Part shown: positions 19,501 through 28,921 of the stretch, piece by piece
How positions within the stretch are numbered: position 1 is the first letter of the stretch
How the letters are laid out: each line of letters starts with the position of its first letter
IMG/VR virus record: IMGVR_UViG_3300005326_000090
Coordinates: 1-37,507 of that record
Direction: 5' to 3' (one strand)
Length of the DNA stretch: 37,507 nucleotides
Source: a virus
Lineage: Duplodnaviria > Caudoviricetes
Notes under the pieces: generated by a model
What the model was told of the DNA's origin: nothing
The model's database searches: none
What the model saw: only the letters and a program-made list of their open reading frames with translations
Translations under genes and position numbers: made by a program

Positions 19501-21387
19501 ACCGCCGGAGCCGCCGCTATAAACGCCGGAAGACAGGGTGACAGAAAGTTCATCGAAAAATTGGTCAAAAAACCAACTGAGGACATGCTTAAAACAGCCT
19601 TAAATGATGCCAACTACGCCACATTCCATGACAAGAACGTACTCAACGAAGTCGCCAACTCAATCAAGAGAGCCGCTTCAAACCCCAAATTAAAAGCTGG
19701 AGCCGAAGTGGGCAAGGTGGTAACCGAAGTCCTCGCACCATTTACCGGAGTTCCATCATCGATCGCAGAAAAGACAATCGCGTATTCCCCGATCGGATTG
19801 ATTAAAGGAGCCATGAAAGCAGGAAAAGTAGTTGTGAGCAACGTCCCCGAACTACAACGCCAAGCCGCACAGGAAATAGGCAGAGGAGTCGTAGGATCGG
19901 GACTGTTCGGACTCGGAGCATACCTAATGAGCCAAGGATTGATGACTGGACAGCCCAAAGATGCCAAAGAAGCTGATTTATGGGCGGCACAAGGAAAGAT
20001 GGCAAATTCAGTCCTTGTGGGTGGAAAATGGAGATCAGTAAATTCTATTGGTCCTCAAAACCTAGTCATGCTCGCCGGAGCCAAATACAACGAAGCGATG
20101 GGTAAAGAGGGAACCACAATAGAGAAAGCCGGAGCATACGCCGGAGGGCTCGCCAAAGACCAGCTCAGTCAAACATTCCTAGCCGGTGTCCAACAGCCAC
20201 TCAATGCCATCACAGACCCAGCTAGATATGGCAAGAGCTATATCGGCAATCAAGTAGCATCCGTAATCCCGAACATCGTCAAAGACACAGCCAAAGCCGG
20301 TGATGCTTCACAGCGCGAGAACAACTCCACAATGGACTACGTCACCAACTCGCTACCAGGATTGAGAAACAACAATATCGAAAAACGAGATGTCCTTGGT
20401 AATCCAATGAAGCAAGAACCAACCGGAGCCGCCGCATTCTTTGACCTATTCAACTCGAAGACACCAATAAGCAATACGGTCACAGATGAACTAGGCCGCC
20501 TGAACGAAGCAGGACACAACGTAGTGCCGAGTAAACTCCAAAAGGATCAAACCATCCAAGGTGACAAATTGAAGCTCACACCGGAGCAACTAAACACCCT
20601 CGAGGCTAAAACCGGAGAAGAATTGTCAATGGAGATGGAAGCCCTGTTCAACTCAACCGAATACCAAGATTTACCTGACTCCGACAAGGCAGATGCCGTC
20701 ACCTCACTAATATCCAAAGTGAGAAAGCAAGTGAGAGCCAACGTAGACCTGAGTGGAGACACAACACAATTGGCCGAGGTCAAAGGAGCATCAACAACCG
20801 ATGGTAAGAAATATCGGATTATAAACAAAGAAACTGGTAATGTCAGCTTTATTGACCTCACCTCAGCAGTAAAAGTACCTACCCTTACCGGAAACAAAGA
20901 ACTCGACAAAAAACTCAAATCGTCCTACGTTTCAGATCTGACTACTAGGACAAACAACATTGTAAAAGTTTACGAAGATGGCCAAATTACAGCCGAGGAA
21001 GCCGAGAAACTACTTAACGAGGTAAAAAATCTAAAATCAAAAGCCGGAAGTGGATCGGGAATGACCTCCAAACAAAAACTCGCTCTCAAAAACAAAATTG
21101 AAAGTGCCTACGATTCGATAGCCAAAGGACTTGCCAAACCTCCAAAATTATCGACAATAAAGAATCCCAAGACAGGCAAAGAGATCACATTCAACTTCAA
21201 ACAAGCGACACCGGATGTAAGCATCTCAACCCCAAATAACAAGGTTGATGTCCAAGGTCTGATCGATACATTGAAGAAAAAACAGACTAGTACTAAAGAA
21301 GAGCGCGACAGAGTACTGAACATGGTAAAAGGTGGCGGATCAGGAAGCGGATTAAAATTGTCAGCCTCATCATTTAGAGGGGCTTGA
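16525..21387 (+). CDS. Large internal virion/DNA-ejection protein (probable), 1620 aa
   Basis: Largest ORF, Ala/Gly-rich, THERNLLGN and APF...P motifs, hydrophobic segment; podovirus-like layout. Confidence 0.7.
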   Translation: MDDLLKKILGIGSNAVSFAKKKAKDLTDTLLYTKPTPQGNSVADTFNYFKNNADLLNPLSQRSMQRGADSADVLAKSQSKPIQFFGNMGGNTIKIGKSGINKMVQGGKALGTGLIQAPVLAATQGKVNIPFYSDPELMKLSGDNFVQRFMRSSAKVLPDVVKGVFGTGQIATTINPVSQGVNAVASSPVKIGRPGLISPDPNINTNDDLVRRIAAGYIKGVSGSDEVATNVPSKEMDIAGIKFDPAKIAGEMVGFVNNPTWKTIFPGTSKLLDLPQTSSKVANFVIGRIMKGGAEGTIQAIANMNDQMTRDQKINELASQVAFGAVSELGTDAAMKGAGSIKGKAERWIRSLLNDYQSAPPEIKQEMDNMMKAIGSNQYQTKYKPNVVEEPVLAAGGSVMPKGDSPMVDVGGNKLVRKDYLPKYREYLEKSAQVAPGAFAGIQINKDENGNITGVGFNPNTAGMGLMAAGYLTTAKNKAAIMDVIIKATDEGKMNAELKNLIETNIKNSIDQLDINPKEALDNLKGLRAAINQSAFDTSGLTKSDGLYNAKLMDAIRQDPEMGTLVRELESYLPKIDEILQGKADLTAKIEPTADLNAPKTALETPIAPDIPKTDITAEVPQAGQPKTAQEIITEVTTPKVEPTLPEGVSKPKRRTAQEIIAQASGQTPVTPKTPTTDVEKLLGFTKSVKEAPIVAPETKAKVNGTYTVKPNTKLMGEAKALLENGASIDFKNVADLDQKVAATIQEAINLDKAGKHDAAANLYNNLAEHGKELGRAVQAYSMIDKMSPQAIALSVAAKIKNYNINAMKKIPELTGEQTKLITKLVDQADKLKGREKNIALNKLQQTLNSFIPSSLADKAITVWKAGLLTSLRTHERNLLGNAIMSASEIAKDPVAAIFDQLMSFRTGQRTMTPTLRGLASGAVKGTKAMVDVVRYGFDPEESINKFDIKQITWGNNPVEKFLKGATEAVFRPLSGEDKIFWHAAYARSLYDTAGAAAINAGRQGDRKFIEKLVKKPTEDMLKTALNDANYATFHDKNVLNEVANSIKRAASNPKLKAGAEVGKVVTEVLAPFTGVPSSIAEKTIAYSPIGLIKGAMKAGKVVVSNVPELQRQAAQEIGRGVVGSGLFGLGAYLMSQGLMTGQPKDAKEADLWAAQGKMANSVLVGGKWRSVNSIGPQNLVMLAGAKYNEAMGKEGTTIEKAGAYAGGLAKDQLSQTFLAGVQQPLNAITDPARYGKSYIGNQVASVIPNIVKDTAKAGDASQRENNSTMDYVTNSLPGLRNNNIEKRDVLGNPMKQEPTGAAAFFDLFNSKTPISNTVTDELGRLNEAGHNVVPSKLQKDQTIQGDKLKLTPEQLNTLEAKTGEELSMEMEALFNSTEYQDLPDSDKADAVTSLISKVRKQVRANVDLSGDTTQLAEVKGASTTDGKKYRIINKETGNVSFIDLTSAVKVPTLTGNKELDKKLKSSYVSDLTTRTNNIVKVYEDGQITAEEAEKLLNEVKNLKSKAGSGSGMTSKQKLALKNKIESAYDSIAKGLAKPPKLSTIKNPKTGKEITFNFKQATPDVSISTPNNKVDVQGLIDTLKKKQTSTKEERDRVLNMVKGGGSGSGLKLSASSFRGA

Positions 21388-21412
21388 AATCTTATGTAAT
21401 AGGAAATAAACT
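21384..21412 (+). promoter_or_regulatory. Sigma70-like promoter with CTTATGTAA box; leaderless mRNA likely
   Basis: TTGAAA-N17-TAAACT, 6 nt before ATG 21419. Confidence 0.6.
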
Positions 21413-21418
21413 GTAGTT

Positions 21419-22096
21419 ATGGATAAAAATGCACACACGTTCGAAAAGAATATTTTGATCGGAATCCCAGCACTCGACTCCCTAAAGATAGAAACCACGA
21501 CCTCCCTAGTGGCTACCATAGCCCAACTGGACATGAAGTACGATGCAAAGATGCTGATTCGGAAAGCTTCCCTGATTCACGACTCACGAAACAAAATAGC
21601 CCAACAAGCCATTGATGAGGGATTTGACTACCTAATGTTCATCGACAGCGACATGAAGTTCCCAGGAGATGCCTTGAACAGACTAATGAGTCTTAACCTA
21701 GACGTTGTTGGTGGTCTGTACTACCGCAAACAACCACCCCACGCGCCAGTGATCGCTCAAAAGATGGGCAAAACACTTACAATTCCAAGACTGTGGCCAA
21801 AAACTAAACCATTCGAAGTATTCTCAGTCGCCACCGGATTTATGCTGATCAATACCAAAGTCCTAAAAGCGATCAAACCTCCATATTTCTTCTACGGCAA
21901 ATACCACGATATGGACATGGGAGAGGATGTGTACTTCTGCCATAAAGCCCAACAAGCAGGATTCAAGGTGTGGTGTGACCCCACGATCGACCTAAAACAC
22001 ATCGGCGAGTACGAGTACGATGCCAAAGACTATGAAGCCTATGCAAAAGATCGTCCGGAGCAAGACGTTGACGAAATTTGGAACCCAGAAATATGA
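21419..22096 (+). CDS. Glycosyltransferase (GT-A fold, GT2-like)
   Basis: SRNKIA...DYLMFIDSD (DxD), VVGGLY, ATGFMLI, GEDVYFC...GFKVWCD...HIG. Confidence 0.88.
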   Translation: MDKNAHTFEKNILIGIPALDSLKIETTTSLVATIAQLDMKYDAKMLIRKASLIHDSRNKIAQQAIDEGFDYLMFIDSDMKFPGDALNRLMSLNLDVVGGLYYRKQPPHAPVIAQKMGKTLTIPRLWPKTKPFEVFSVATGFMLINTKVLKAIKPPYFFYGKYHDMDMGEDVYFCHKAQQAGFKVWCDPTIDLKHIGEYEYDAKDYEAYAKDRPEQDVDEIWNPEI

Positions 22097-22776
22097 TAGA
22101 CCAAGCGGAAAGAGCCAAACAAATACTAAATGACCTCGTTGAGTACCATCAAATGCCAGTGGAACTCGTCAAAGAGAGGTGCAAGGCCGCCGTATACGAA
22201 CTAGCGTGGATCTGGGGAAAACAGCACAAGGAACTCAACCACGAAGAGGTGATGAGATTCTACCGAGAAACAGACTGGTATCAATTCGACCTGACCAAAT
22301 ACCAAAGTATGATCACGCCATTAGTTGATTTAATGGTGGACATGGCCGACTCGTATGGAATCAAAAAGGTGCTTGATTTTGGAGGAGGGATCGGAGAATA
22401 CAGCATCAGACTGGCCAAAGAGGCAGACTGTGATGTGACATACCTCGACCTTGAGGGAAGCGAAACTATGAAATACGCCGAGTGGAGATTCAAAAAACAT
22501 GAGGCTAAAGTAAAGGTTGTAGGCGAGAACTACGAATGGACAGGTGACAATTGGGACGGAGTTGTTATAATGGACGTACTAGAGCATTTAGAAAAGCCTG
22601 AATACGAAAGAGTAATAAAGGCTCTGGAAGAGAAAGCACGGTACATATTCTGCAATCCGGAAGATGTCCGCTTCAATGTTTTCTTTCCACAGCACATCAC
22701 GAAGATTAAACTAGAGGGATTCGTCCAAGTCGAAGCGAATCTTTATTATAATAAACGACTCGCAAAAAAAGCATAA
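22093..22776 (+). CDS. Class I SAM-dependent methyltransferase
   Basis: KVLDFGGGIG, VTYLD, DVLEHL; ATGA overlap with the glycosyltransferase. Confidence 0.88.
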   Translation: MIDQAERAKQILNDLVEYHQMPVELVKERCKAAVYELAWIWGKQHKELNHEEVMRFYRETDWYQFDLTKYQSMITPLVDLMVDMADSYGIKKVLDFGGGIGEYSIRLAKEADCDVTYLDLEGSETMKYAEWRFKKHEAKVKVVGENYEWTGDNWDGVVIMDVLEHLEKPEYERVIKALEEKARYIFCNPEDVRFNVFFPQHITKIKLEGFVQVEANLYYNKRLAKKA

Positions 22777-22809
22777 TCGCACAATCATAGTACTTAGCTA
22801 AAAAATACT

Positions 22810-23469
22810 ATGTCGGTTACGCTACAAAACGGATGCGGTGACCTCTCAAGAGAATTAGGAGAGGCAACTCCAAACGTCACTACTCCCAGATTGAATCATT
22901 ACAATGATGCGGTAATAGACTTCGCCAACGAGCGTAAGTTCCCATTTTTGATCAAAGAAAATGCCACTATCACGACTGACGGAAACGCTCTAAACCGATA
23001 CAGCATCTCCGCGATCACAGATATTCGTCAACCAGGAGGCATCAAAGAAATCACCCTCGGGACATCAACAGAGCCAATACTACCAATTGACTGGAGTAAA
23101 AGGAATGATGCCCAGTACGTGAGTGGAAATTTTTTCTACATCACGCCGGACGAGCTTTATATCGTTTTCACCAAGACCGTGACTACCGGCCAATTGATCC
23201 ACATGTGGTACTACTACATCCCAGCCAGGACAACGGATTTAGCAGGTACATTCCCGATCCCAGATCGATATAGAAAGGTTGTGGCGACCCTGGCGGCCGC
23301 GTACGTGCAATGGGGAAGATACCTCGATGGCCAAGGGAATAGGTTGTTTAATCTTTACAATAAACGCCTTGCCGGAGTAGTTGATCAACAGTCTGAGGAA
23401 AACACCGGAAACCCAAAAAGAATTCAACATTACCTCAAATACGTAGGGTTTAAGCGTAAATATCCTTAA
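22810..23469 (+). CDS. Head-tail adaptor / tail tubular protein A-like
   Basis: LSRELGE...YNDAV.DF...YYYIP...IPDRY pattern; position. Confidence 0.7.
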   Translation: MSVTLQNGCGDLSRELGEATPNVTTPRLNHYNDAVIDFANERKFPFLIKENATITTDGNALNRYSISAITDIRQPGGIKEITLGTSTEPILPIDWSKRNDAQYVSGNFFYITPDELYIVFTKTVTTGQLIHMWYYYIPARTTDLAGTFPIPDRYRKVVATLAAAYVQWGRYLDGQGNRLFNLYNKRLAGVVDQQSEENTGNPKRIQHYLKYVGFKRKYP

Positions 23470-23475
23470 AAATAA

Positions 23476-25425
23476 ATGATTCCATACACACCACTCACAG
23501 GAGGTCAAAATTTACCCAACAAAGGATGGGCGTTTGATGGTTTTAACTCCGGAGTCAACACGTACTCCCTGGCAACCGAATTGAGAGGTACAGAACTGGC
23601 AAGTATGATCAACGGTGAACTTTTTGGAAAAAGATCAATCAGACCAAGAAGAGGCGGAGTACAGCTGGGAAACCCAGTCGGAGGAGCGCACGTGGATGGC
23701 CTATTCCCATTCAAAAACGGAATCACAGTCAACAAGATGCTCGCCATTTCAAACGGAGTCCTCAGAGACTACAACTCCGCCACAAGTGCATGGGACTCGG
23801 TAGCAGGAGCCACATTCACAGTCGACCTACGTACCAGAGGCGTAAAAATGAGGTCAGCAATATATTTTGGAAACGGAACCGATGATTTTACGAAGTACAC
23901 CAGCACATCAGGACTACAAAGATTTACCGCAGTAGCCGCACCGGCAGGACTATCCGTCACTCCGGTAGGGACACCAGGAACCGCCGAGTACACCTATACG
24001 GTGACTACGGTCACAGCTAAAGGACAATCACTTCCAGCCACCGAAGTCGCCATCGCAAACGGAAACCTTGTTCTCGATACCACCAATAAAAACAGCGTGG
24101 CGTTCACACGTAGGACAGAATCCCAAGTAATCGGATACAACATTTACGGAAGAAATAAAACCGGAACCGGAGTCACCCTCATGAAGTATATTGACCAACC
24201 GGCATCCGGAACGACAATCACCTGGGTTGATGACGGAACCGTCACCCCCCAAGTTTGGCTACCACCAGATGGAGACAGCACCGATGGTATCGTGGTAGAG
24301 GTCTGGGAGCAGTTGAGAGGCTCCCTAGTGGGCGCAGGTGACCCATCATCGAGGGATAGACTGTATTATTCCGGAACCGGCGACAAATACGAATCATTCA
24401 GCCCCGTACACAATGGAGGTTGGGTCGATGTGAGAGCCGGAGACAATGACGGAGGAATAAGTGGCTTAGCCCCATTTGAAAGCAAAATCATTGTTTGTAA
24501 ACAAAACTCAGTTCATCAATTCTATTTCAGCGCAACCAACGGTGATGCAGTCCTACAAGAACTGATTACCTACGTCGGTTGTGGCGCACCAGGAAGCATG
24601 GTGGTCATGGAAAACGATGTGATATTCCTAGACTCCGATGGAAAATTGAGAATCTTAGGCTACGAGCCAAATTTCGCCGCTTCAATTCGTACTACGTCAC
24701 TTACTGAGGGAAGAGTACAAAGCTTGTTCGATAATATCGATCCGGCATACCTTAGTGAAGCTGAGGGAGTGTACTTCAATGGAAGATACCTCCTTGCATG
24801 CAGATCAAGAGGAGCTTCCTACAATGACATGGTTCTGCCGTACGATCGAAGATATTTAGCTTTCCTAGGCAAATGGGACGGCGCAGATGCCCACGTCAAA
24901 TGCTGGGGAGTCTGGGATGGAGCTGATGGTAAAAAGAGACTATATGCCGGAGCCAGCGATGATGACAATGTGTTCGAGTTCGGAGTAGAGGGTCAACTGG
25001 CAAACTATGATGGCACAGCGATCGTCACGACCATAAAAACAAGAAATGAAGATCTGGGTAACTCCGGACAGCAAAAAATTTGGAAATGGGTTGATTTAAG
25101 ACTTTTTCGAATCAAAGGAATGCTTAAATTAAAAACGATCCTTGATGGAGCCACGACAATTGACGAAAAACAGTTCTCGAGCATCATCCAGACAGGATGG
25201 GGCATTGTGAAATGGGGAACCGTAAGATGGGGAGTATCAACAGGTGCGCCACCAAGCTCATCAGACCTTGACAAGACACGTAGGAAAGAAATCTACGAGA
25301 TAGGAAATTCACTAGGGTTTGAGATCACAAAAGAGGGTACTCAAGACGACTTTGTCCTCGTATCCATGAGAGGCGAGGCGTTCCTATTACCAACAGAGGT
25401 ATTTAATTCCGAAAACGTAATATAG
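23476..25425 (+). CDS. Tail nozzle / stabilization protein (tubular B or P22 gp10-like)
   Basis: GFNSGVN...RPRRG start, RLYYS, VGCGAPGS beta-propeller pattern, EDLG...KIWK. Confidence 0.75.
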   Translation: MIPYTPLTGGQNLPNKGWAFDGFNSGVNTYSLATELRGTELASMINGELFGKRSIRPRRGGVQLGNPVGGAHVDGLFPFKNGITVNKMLAISNGVLRDYNSATSAWDSVAGATFTVDLRTRGVKMRSAIYFGNGTDDFTKYTSTSGLQRFTAVAAPAGLSVTPVGTPGTAEYTYTVTTVTAKGQSLPATEVAIANGNLVLDTTNKNSVAFTRRTESQVIGYNIYGRNKTGTGVTLMKYIDQPASGTTITWVDDGTVTPQVWLPPDGDSTDGIVVEVWEQLRGSLVGAGDPSSRDRLYYSGTGDKYESFSPVHNGGWVDVRAGDNDGGISGLAPFESKIIVCKQNSVHQFYFSATNGDAVLQELITYVGCGAPGSMVVMENDVIFLDSDGKLRILGYEPNFAASIRTTSLTEGRVQSLFDNIDPAYLSEAEGVYFNGRYLLACRSRGASYNDMVLPYDRRYLAFLGKWDGADAHVKCWGVWDGADGKKRLYAGASDDDNVFEFGVEGQLANYDGTAIVTTIKTRNEDLGNSGQQKIWKWVDLRLFRIKGMLKLKTILDGATTIDEKQFSSIIQTGWGIVKWGTVRWGVSTGAPPSSSDLDKTRRKEIYEIGNSLGFEITKEGTQDDFVLVSMRGEAFLLPTEVFNSENVI

Positions 25426-25468
25426 GACAAAACTTGTGATAAACAATTATAAAAGATAAACTAAAAGT

Positions 25469-27202
25469 ATGAAAAACAAATTGTTAAGAGCAGATAATAA
25501 TTTTGGAGGTGTACTTTCGGCGACACTTACAGCCGGAGACGTAACGTCTGCATCACTTACTCCAGTTCCTACAGAAGCACCAGGAATAATCGTCCTGAAA
25601 GCCGGAGAGGCTCAAGAAGAACATATTTACTATAAAGAAAAAGATTCAGGAGCCGGAACGATCTCAGGATTGATCAGAGACTACACCAACTTAAACGGAG
25701 GTGTTGGATTCGAGCATATAAACACGACACCTTTTGAGGTGATGCAGGCTTCGGAGTATTTGAATAACATTGTGGATGCTTTGATCGAGGGATACATCGA
25801 CGAGCAACAGACACTATTGTTTGTGTCAACAACTAGCTTCACAGTCAAAACCAACAAAACGGCGATTTATACCGCAGGAAGAATTTTGAGATTTAATCAA
25901 GACAGTACGAAAATTGCCAAGGTAGTATCCTCGTCATACTCAGCCGGAACAGGTTTGACAACCGTAGTGGTAGCAAATACATACGCTGATGTCCCTAATC
26001 CAATAACCTATGTTGAAATAGCCATCCAACCAAAAGGAGCAACCGCACTCCAAGACGTATACTACGCCGAAGATGCCGGAGCAAGTGATGCCTACGCAGT
26101 ATCAATAAACTCAGCAATAACAGCACTTTTTAACGGATTGACAATCGTCTTCAAGGCCAATACTGCGAACACTGGCGCGGCAACACTAAACGTAAATGGA
26201 ATAGGAGCCACTACAATTAAAAAGCTAAATGACCAAGACCTGGGAGATGGAGACATTGAGGTTGGCCAAAGAATAACAGTTGTGTACGATGGCACAAATT
26301 TCCAAATGCAATCTCAAATAGCCACGATCCCAAGTTCATTCTCATTAGCCGACATAAAAGCACCACAGGGATTCCTACTCAACGGGAAAATCGTTCCAAG
26401 CGTAACATCAAACAATTTGACAGTCGCAATAAAAGGAATCGATGGAAACGACCCTAGTGCATCAAATCCAGTTTATGTGAGGATTGGTGACACAGTTAGG
26501 TCAATTACGGCCGCCCTGTCGGTAACTAAAAACGCAGGCACAAATTGGTGCAATTCAGGGGGAGCGGAACTTGCTACAAATGAAGTCGACTACTTTGTTT
26601 ACCTTGGATATAATACGACAGATGGTGTAACAATCGGATTCTCAAGAATACCTTATGCTTCAATCTATTCTAACTTTTCAGCCACCACAACAAACGAAAA
26701 ATACTGTGCCATTTCTACGATTACAAATGCGGCTGCCGGAGATACTTACGAAAACATCGGTAGGTTTGCCGCCACCCTTTCGGCAGGGGCAGGGTACACA
26801 TGGACAGTGCCAACGTTTACATCCGCAAATCTTATTCAAAGACCTATTTACGAAAGTAGATGGCTTACTTGGACACCTATTACTGTTGGCTGGACATCGT
26901 ATTCAAATGCGTGGTCAGTCTATCAAGTGAGGAATGGATATATAACAATTAAATGGTCAGCTTCAACGGGTGCATCAAATTCAGCTACTACATCCATTAC
27001 TATTCCGTTTGCTGTGTTGAATTACCCCAGTGGGCCAACAGGTTCAATTGTGGACAATTCAGCCATTCCTGGTTCTCCTGGTAAATATTCTGGAGTACCA
27101 AATAGCAATGTTATTACTTTTTACAAGGATTATGCTAATACTGCCTGGACAGCAAGTGGAAACAAGGGAAGCTCGTTAGATATGATTAGTTTCCAAATAT
27201 AA
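25469..27202 (+). CDS. Tail fibre / receptor-binding protein
   Basis: FKANTANTGAATLNVNG...GDI...YDGTNFQ module; S/T/G-rich beta C-terminus. Confidence 0.8.
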   Translation: MKNKLLRADNNFGGVLSATLTAGDVTSASLTPVPTEAPGIIVLKAGEAQEEHIYYKEKDSGAGTISGLIRDYTNLNGGVGFEHINTTPFEVMQASEYLNNIVDALIEGYIDEQQTLLFVSTTSFTVKTNKTAIYTAGRILRFNQDSTKIAKVVSSSYSAGTGLTTVVVANTYADVPNPITYVEIAIQPKGATALQDVYYAEDAGASDAYAVSINSAITALFNGLTIVFKANTANTGAATLNVNGIGATTIKKLNDQDLGDGDIEVGQRITVVYDGTNFQMQSQIATIPSSFSLADIKAPQGFLLNGKIVPSVTSNNLTVAIKGIDGNDPSASNPVYVRIGDTVRSITAALSVTKNAGTNWCNSGGAELATNEVDYFVYLGYNTTDGVTIGFSRIPYASIYSNFSATTTNEKYCAISTITNAAAGDTYENIGRFAATLSAGAGYTWTVPTFTSANLIQRPIYESRWLTWTPITVGWTSYSNAWSVYQVRNGYITIKWSASTGASNSATTSITIPFAVLNYPSGPTGSIVDNSAIPGSPGKYSGVPNSNVITFYKDYANTAWTASGNKGSSLDMISFQI

Positions 27203-27299
27203 ATGAAAACATTAAAATTTCACATCCTTAATCTACTTGCACTGATGTTTTTGTTGATTTTAATTAGATGAAAAAACGATCGAAAATTAAAAACAAAAA

Positions 27300-28064
27300 A
27301 TGAAAAAAATACTTTTGATTGCCGGACACATCAACATAAAATTCAACTCGATTGCCTCCTTGCGTGGGAGTACCGGAACCGCCGGAGAGCAGGAATTAAC
27401 GATCCGGATTACCAACAGACTGGCTACCGTATTGAGAGATAGAGGATTTGAAGTAACCCAGTCCGATGCCAACGCCAATGACGACCTACAGATCACCTCA
27501 AAAGACTTCGACCTAGCATTGGCATTACATGGAGACATGGACGTGCAGAATGACAAAGGAGGGGGAATGGTGGGGTCTGGAGATAAGTCGGTCGATGCCA
27601 TGTGGCAAGAGAGTCTTCGAATCAAAAAAGTGTTCGATGAAGTTTATTTTACCGAAACGGATATTGTAAACAAAAACATCGTGACAGCCGGAATGGCCAA
27701 ATACTACATTTGGCAATACCTGACTGCGAAGACCCCATGTGTCCTGATCGAGATGGGACAGGTGCTTGATCCCCACGACAGAGTCCTCCTTGCAAATACC
27801 GATTTGATTGCCAATGCGATCGGAAGATCAATATGCAAGGCATTCGATGTTCCTTTTGATGTCGTTCCAAGTCCCGATTCTCCGGAGGTACTGTCATTAA
27901 AAGCAGAAGTGAAAAGGCTTGGAGAGGCTTTGGATACCCAAAATAAGGCGATCGTAACGCTGAAATCCGAACATGAGATCGAACTGGCAAAGGTGCAAGG
28001 CGAGTGCCGAATAAAAATAGAGAAATTAAAAACCGATTTATTAGCTGTTATCAACCAAGTCTAA
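27300..28064 (+). CDS. Endolysin, N-acetylmuramoyl-L-alanine amidase (Amidase_3-like) with C-terminal coiled coil
   Basis: LIAGH, GEQE, LALHGD, PCVLIEMG zinc/catalytic motifs. Confidence 0.85.
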   Translation: MKKILLIAGHINIKFNSIASLRGSTGTAGEQELTIRITNRLATVLRDRGFEVTQSDANANDDLQITSKDFDLALALHGDMDVQNDKGGGMVGSGDKSVDAMWQESLRIKKVFDEVYFTETDIVNKNIVTAGMAKYYIWQYLTAKTPCVLIEMGQVLDPHDRVLLANTDLIANAIGRSICKAFDVPFDVVPSPDSPEVLSLKAEVKRLGEALDTQNKAIVTLKSEHEIELAKVQGECRIKIEKLKTDLLAVINQV

Positions 28065-28102
28065 ATACCACTCACTTGTAAACATGCGCAAAAAGCTGTT
28101 TA

Positions 28103-28432
28103 ATGGAATTAGTACTATTTGGAACCACACTAGAAAAAAACGAAATGACAACACCTGCCGAAAATAGAGTAAACGAAGAAGATGCCATTACCTTATCGAA
28201 AATAAAGGAAGTCCTCCCATTCGCAACCCTTTTAGTCGGTGTCGCCCTTTCTTGGGCTTCTACAAAATCAGACCTGAGAGTCCTAACCAACGAAGTTCAA
28301 AACACAAACAAAATTCTCACTGAGTATGTCATGGAAACCAAATCAATTAAAGAGACAATCAGCTCGATGAGAATAACAGACGAAACATTAAGAGCAACAC
28401 TCGATGCTCACATTATCAACATGAAAAAATAA
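28103..28432 (+). CDS. Single-TM coiled-coil lysis-cassette protein
   Basis: VLPFATLLVGVALSW; start may be the downstream ATG at 28145. Confidence 0.65.
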   Translation: MELVLFGTTLEKNEMTTPAENRVNEEDAITLSKIKEVLPFATLLVGVALSWASTKSDLRVLTNEVQNTNKILTEYVMETKSIKETISSMRITDETLRATLDAHIINMKK

Positions 28433-28433
28433 A

Positions 28434-28676
28434 ATGATCCAATTCACGTCCGATCCAACAACCATAGTCGCTACCCTGTCAGCCGCCACTTACGTCATCG
28501 TGGAGGTCATTAAGAGGATAAACATCATTTCCGACCGCTTCCTGCCTTTGATCGCCATCGTAGTCGGCGTAGGACTAGGAATAGCTTACAAAGTCGATAT
28601 TTTATTAGCAATTCTTATCGGAGCCTCGGCGTGTGGCATATACGACCTAGGCAAAAAGACCGTAGCCGGTAAATAA
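28434..28676 (+). CDS. Holin
   Basis: IVEVIKR...RFLPLIAIVVGVGLG...GASACGIYD; 2-3 TM segments. Confidence 0.85.
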   Translation: MIQFTSDPTTIVATLSAATYVIVEVIKRINIISDRFLPLIAIVVGVGLGIAYKVDILLAILIGASACGIYDLGKKTVAGK

Positions 28677-28677
28677 C

Positions 28678-28875
28678 GTGGAAACTGTAGACTTCGAAAA
28701 ATTACCCCTGGAGGAGCGAATCATCCTGACGACCTCCACAAAGCTCATTAAGCACTTCCGAGGGCTTGAGTCGGCCGGAATCATTGACCGAGACACTACA
28801 AGCAACCTGATCGGTTGTGTGAAGAAGTTGGTAAACATCGCCCAAAAGAAAGTCGAACCGGTAGCACTAGCATAA
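28678..28875 (+). CDS. Hypothetical protein
   Basis: 65 aa, GTG start directly after the holin. Confidence 0.6.
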   Translation: METVDFEKLPLEERIILTTSTKLIKHFRGLESAGIIDRDTTSNLIGCVKKLVNIAQKKVEPVALA

Positions 28876-28921
28876 ACGAATTCCCTGTTTTTGTTTCTCT
28901 TAAAAGAAAGATTTTAATCTA

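Noticed and set aside
25469-27202. Diversity-generating retroelement target
   Set aside because: No reverse transcriptase and no template repeat seen.
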